Positions 59,815-64,000 of a DNA stretch of 64,000 nt are shown here, in pieces (the first letter of the stretch is position 1; every line of letters starts with the position of its first letter). Under the pieces are notes generated by a model, which had not been told where the DNA came from, did no database searches, and worked only from the letters and a program-made list of their open reading frames with translations. Origin of the DNA: Takakia lepidozioides (taxonomy: Eukaryota; Plantae; Bryophyta); assembly GCA_030704615.1 (NCBI GenBank), contig CM060734.1, positions 18,290,001 through 18,354,000 of the forward strand, in the 5' to 3' direction. Position numbers and translations under genes: made by a program.

Positions 59815-60129
59815 GCTGCATTTTCCAATGAAACCGACGCTACTGCCAATCTTCTGCGGCTTGTGCTGCTATAAGTCAAAAGACACTACGTTCTTGGAAT
59901 GTTATACTTGACCATATACAAGCACAACACTGAGCTCATTTTAGAAGCATATTAAGAAATGCGGACTTTCAAGCATACAATGGACGGTGTAGTCAATGAT
60001 CATACTCATCTGTTTCAATTATGCATACAGCCAAAACACCGGATCGAAGTCGAAAAGCAAGTTTTGCAAAGTGCACGTGGTCCTGCGCTATATGCTAGTA
60101 TCCCGTTGCAGAAGAGTATCGATCTTGTT

Positions 60130-60757
60130 TTAACTCAGAGTGGCTTGGTGAATATAGAAGTCTCGTTTGGGATCACAAACCATCCTCCTCACAAATATAT
60201 AATATAAATGCTTGCATGGGACGAATTTGCCTCTTTTCCCAAGACTTGTTGACATCGTGCTAACAAAATCGGGACACGTGCAATTGAGAAAATTGGACAC
60301 TGAAGTGTCGTATGCCTTGTCTTGCAAAGCTGATGTTGATGTCATTATTGTGTACACCCGACCATATCCCGGATCCGGAACATCCATCGTACCTGCAGCT
60401 CGAGCCTGAAGCATTCTTACAGATTCCACCTTACCAAAGTGTTCTGCAGTAGGAAACAACCAACATGTCGGCCAGTGGTAAGGGCATATACCCTCTTACG
60501 AGTGGTTGTGGGTTCAAACCACCATGTTGGTTGTTACAAAGATGTCCACCTTCCTATCGGAAGGCAGTAGCCCTTCTGGGTCAAGTGACACCATAAGTTA
60601 CGCTTGCTTCGGCAACGCGTCCACCCTTTTTTTTTCTGCAGTAGGAGGGAAACATCGAACAACCTTCCCATTCCGTTTGGTGGGATGCGAGTGAGCTCCA
60701 AGAGGAGGCACTCAAGAATCACCTGATTTCACAGCACCTATAGAGACAGTGGCCCGT
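60130..60757 (-). pseudogene. SWIM zinc-finger protein fragment (possibly MULE-related), cut by the LTR at 60758
   Basis: NCTCPDF...PCKHLYYIF (CxC...CxH SWIM motif). The upstream part contains stops. Confidence 0.7.
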
Positions 60758-61923
60758 TGACGAGCCCTGGGCGCGTGCGGCCAGGGTGACGGCATACTAG
60801 GAGGGTCGTGGCAAGTTGCAGTGTAGGTTGGGCGAAGAACCGCCTACCCGGCTGCGGTTAGTGCAGGGGATCCGCAGAGTGCTAATGGTGGTCAGATGCA
60901 ATGTCTAATTCCTACCGGCAAAGAAGAGTTTAACTTCTCCACTTCGCAAGGCGATTTGCGTTTCATATGTTCTACGGTCTTTTTACGGGTTTTAGTCTTT
61001 ATTTCTCTTTCGAGTCTTGGTTTATTTACTAACTCCTAATGTCTAAGCCCACGAGCCACTTATAGCCAGGATCTCGTGATGTCCCTTCACAAAGCACCTA
61101 TCAGGCTTAGGGAAGAAATGGATGAATTCCCTCTCCCTCTGCCCCTCCGCTTCCTAGGGCTTGAGTTCAAGACACCCTTCCGGAAGGGTTAATACTTTGT
61201 TGCGCACCTCACTTCGGTAAGCTCCCCTTCAAGTCATAGTTACTCGCTTTGATGCGCGCGCCTAACTCCCTAACTGGCCGCCGGGCCAACTCGGAGCTTC
61301 GGCTGCTCCCCGGGACATAACGGTCCCCCTTTACTCCTCCACAAGACCCTCTCCCAATTTGGGCCTAGTGGAAATTCCCTTTGGTCGATGGCAGTCCGGA
61401 ATAGCTCCCCACACCTTAGTCGCTTTCCGGCTCGCACACTTACTCACTAGTTTTTGGTCACCAACGGGCTTGCACCGTTCTCGGGGTTACTACTCCCTAT
61501 ATATACTTTTGTGACTGTCCGCGGGGGTTCCACAAACAACACCACCATTTTATGGCGAACCACCACGAAAACCCTCGATTCCCGGTGATGAGTCGCGGTG
61601 AGTCTTGGCCCACCCACCACGATCCCCTTGGACCGTGATGAGTCCCAAGACTCCTCACGACTCCCACCACAAGGTCTCCGCCCCCATGGTGAGTACTATG
61701 TCACCCCCACTAAGTCCCACTAAGCTACCACCACCCCTCGTGGAACCACCCCCACCGCAACCCGGTGTGTGGGGCTCCACCTAGTGAGCGCCTCCGCCTC
61801 CTTGAGTGCCTTGGGCACTCAAGGGTGCTTCAGCCCCCGCATCTATTGTTGTCACTGCCCCTACCACAGGGGCAGCCCCTCTCGTGTCCCAACCCCCTGC
61901 CCTCAAGGCAAAGGGCCGCGACA
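60758..61923 (-). mobile_element. 3' LTR (~1.17 kb) of a Ty3/Gypsy element
   Basis: Ends TGACGAGCCC...GGGCCGCGACA form an imperfect TIR. A PPT-like GGTAGGGG lies adjacent on the minus strand at ~61926-61935. Confidence 0.7.
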
Positions 61924-62039
61924 CACACCCCTACCAACAGGGAGTCGATGTCCTCATCGACTTGTCCATTTTGTAGAAACGAACATCCAAGTTGTGGCGT
62001 CCCACATCAAGGAGTTTGTTTCCGTACCATGGCATCCCA

Positions 62040-64000
62040 TGACAAAGAACCAAACCCCCACTTGACTCTACTCTCCACTAGCTAGTTCGGCCGACTTTCT
62101 CCAAGTCCCGGCCAAGGGCGGAGCTTCTCAAGCTCCTCCCAGTGCACTCTTCTTGACCCACTTCAGGGCCAAGGAACGATCCTCCCCGAGGATCGAATCG
62201 CCTTACTACAACAACATTTGCTTACGACCGCTCGTGATGTCGCTTTTGGCATCACCTTGAGCAAGGGTTCGCCTTGAACCCTTTTTTTGACTACGAAGAT
62301 AACCTTGAACCAACCGTGCGTTGCAATCACTACAGTTGGGTCCGCCTTGGAATGCTGGCCTGAGGTACGGGAACACGCCGAAGCCGCACTACGACTTCGT
62401 CCCGAGGCTACACGATTATAGTACGTGAACGGAAGCACGTAGCTTCCGCGTTAGCCCGCACTACAAGGCAATCCCCTCGGTAGCGCAGTTATAGTACGCG
62501 CACGTGCCAGGTGCGCACTAGCACGTGAACTCCCAACGAAGGTGCAAGTTTCCTGGCCCCTTGGGTGGGAGTCACCCGATTTTGGCACTACACAAACACA
62601 CGATTAATCCAATTTACCTCTCCCACTTTGTAAGCTTAGCATGCATTCTACACACTAGCCAACCATACCATGCATCACCATTCCAAACAAAATAGAACGC
62701 ACAACATTTGGAAACCATTTCATTTATAACAAAATTTGTACAATACAAGTTTTTGCAATCGGATTCTTGAGCTAGCTAAGCCGGGCTAAGCATGCATTTC
62801 CTCCCCCACGCTCCAAAGTTGATATCCTCATCAACGCTTCTTCCGCTTTTGAGGTCGCCCTTCAAAAGCTGCAACCGCCTCGTTTCCCATTTCTGAGGCA
62901 CGCACCCAAGATGCCGCCACATGATGATAGCCCTTCCATTTCACGAGATACTCCGTTTCTCGATTCTTGAACCTCCTCGACTTAAGCACTCCCTCCACCT
63001 CGTACTCAGGTTCATTTTCATGATCCAATAGCACAGGTGGCGGACGCAACACTTGATGCCGATTCGGACGCGCTTCATCTTTGAAGTAAGGCTTCAAAAT
63101 GGAGACGTGGAATACCGGATGCACCTTGCTGTTTGCCGGCAGCTCCAATTAATACACATCCTCATTCATAACCTTCCGGATGCGAAAGGATCCAGCATAC
63201 GGAGGTACGAACTTCGGACTCACTTCCGGAGGTAGTCAAAAATTCTTGATGTTCAACCAGACCTCTGTGCCTGCCTCAAACTTAACCTCCCTCCGCTTCC
63301 GATTTGCCTGCCGTTCATACCGTTTCATAGCTTTGGCAATGTTGTACTGTACGAGCTTCAACAAACGCTCGCGTTCTTCCAGCACTGCCGCTGCTGTCGG
63401 TTCCTCAATGTCCTGGGCGGCCCAACTTGTCGGCACCAAAGGTGCTTTTCCATAGACCAATATGAAGGGGGAAACTCTCGTTGCGGAGTGTTTTGTGTTA
63501 TTATAACAGAACTCTGCCGCATCCAAGTGCTCCACCCTGTCCGATTGATCCGCCGACACATAATTCTGCAAGATCTGCTTCACCACGGAATTCACCCTTT
63601 TCGTTTGGCCGTCCGTCATAGGTCGGAAGGCGGTGCTCATTTTGAGCCTCGTCCCCATTTTCTTCCAAAGTACCCTCCAAAATTTACTAGTAAACTTTGG
63701 ATCGCGGTCCGAGACAATATCCTTCGGGAGTCCATGATGCTTGAAGACGTGGGCGAAGTAAAGTCGCCTCGTCTCCTGCGCCGTTGCCGTCTCCTTGGTG
63801 GGGATGAAACGGCCCATTTTGCTGAACCTATCCACCACCACCATGATTGCATCGAATCCTTTTGACAACGGCATAGCAGTCATGAAGTCCATCGAGACAC
63901 TTTTCCAAGACCCCTCTGGAATCGACAAGGGTTATAACAACCCCGCTTGCTTTTTGTACTCGCTCCGGTTTTGTTGGCATGTGGTGCATGTCTTGACATA
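62040..64000 (-). mobile_element. Chromovirus (Ty3/Gypsy) 3' end: integrase, chromodomain, PPT, probable 3' LTR 62040-62796; continues beyond the window
   Basis: WKSVSMDFM...VVVDRFSK...IVSDRD...TDGQTKR (INT, E changed to K); HPVFHVSILKP; EYEVEGVL...YLVKWKGY (chromodomain); PPT GGGGGAGGAAA at 62797-62807. Confidence 0.9.

Noticed and set aside
60758-62796. Single 2-kb LTR of the chromovirus
   Set aside because: A second PPT and a TIR-bearing LTR start at ~61923 indicate two nested LTRs.

Overview
Repeat-rich land-plant genomic DNA, probably a non-seed plant such as a bryophyte (inferred from the SMXL gene, GT-AG introns and TE types). The only intact host gene is a 5-exon SMXL/SMAX1-like gene (32951-38908, minus strand). 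The rest is nested mobile DNA. (1) A decayed DNA-transposon-like block (~5.2-14.3 kb) has an IS3EU-type integrase-core transposase next to a spliced gene with a beta-class N6A/N4C methyltransferase fold, bordered by arrays of 30-bp GGCGCC-centred palindromes. (2) A hAT fragment. (3) A ~1-kb-monomer satellite (18.1-26.8 kb) with a fold-back inverted block. (4) LINE fragments, a CACTA element and several Ty3/Gypsy relics. (5) The standout is an 11.1-kb Ty3/Gypsy element (48692-59814, minus, 4-bp TSD GCTG). It encodes a complete DNMT3-like C5 cytosine methyltransferase in frame between protease and RT, and has a self-complementary PBS (Tf1-like self-priming) instead of a tRNA PBS. It also carries an extra ORF and an antisense RPS18 fragment. 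Its LTRs are circularly permuted (B-internal-A-B-A), which is what a 2-LTR circle opened at an internal CA^GC^TG palindrome would give. Coordinates were read by eye and no database searches were run.
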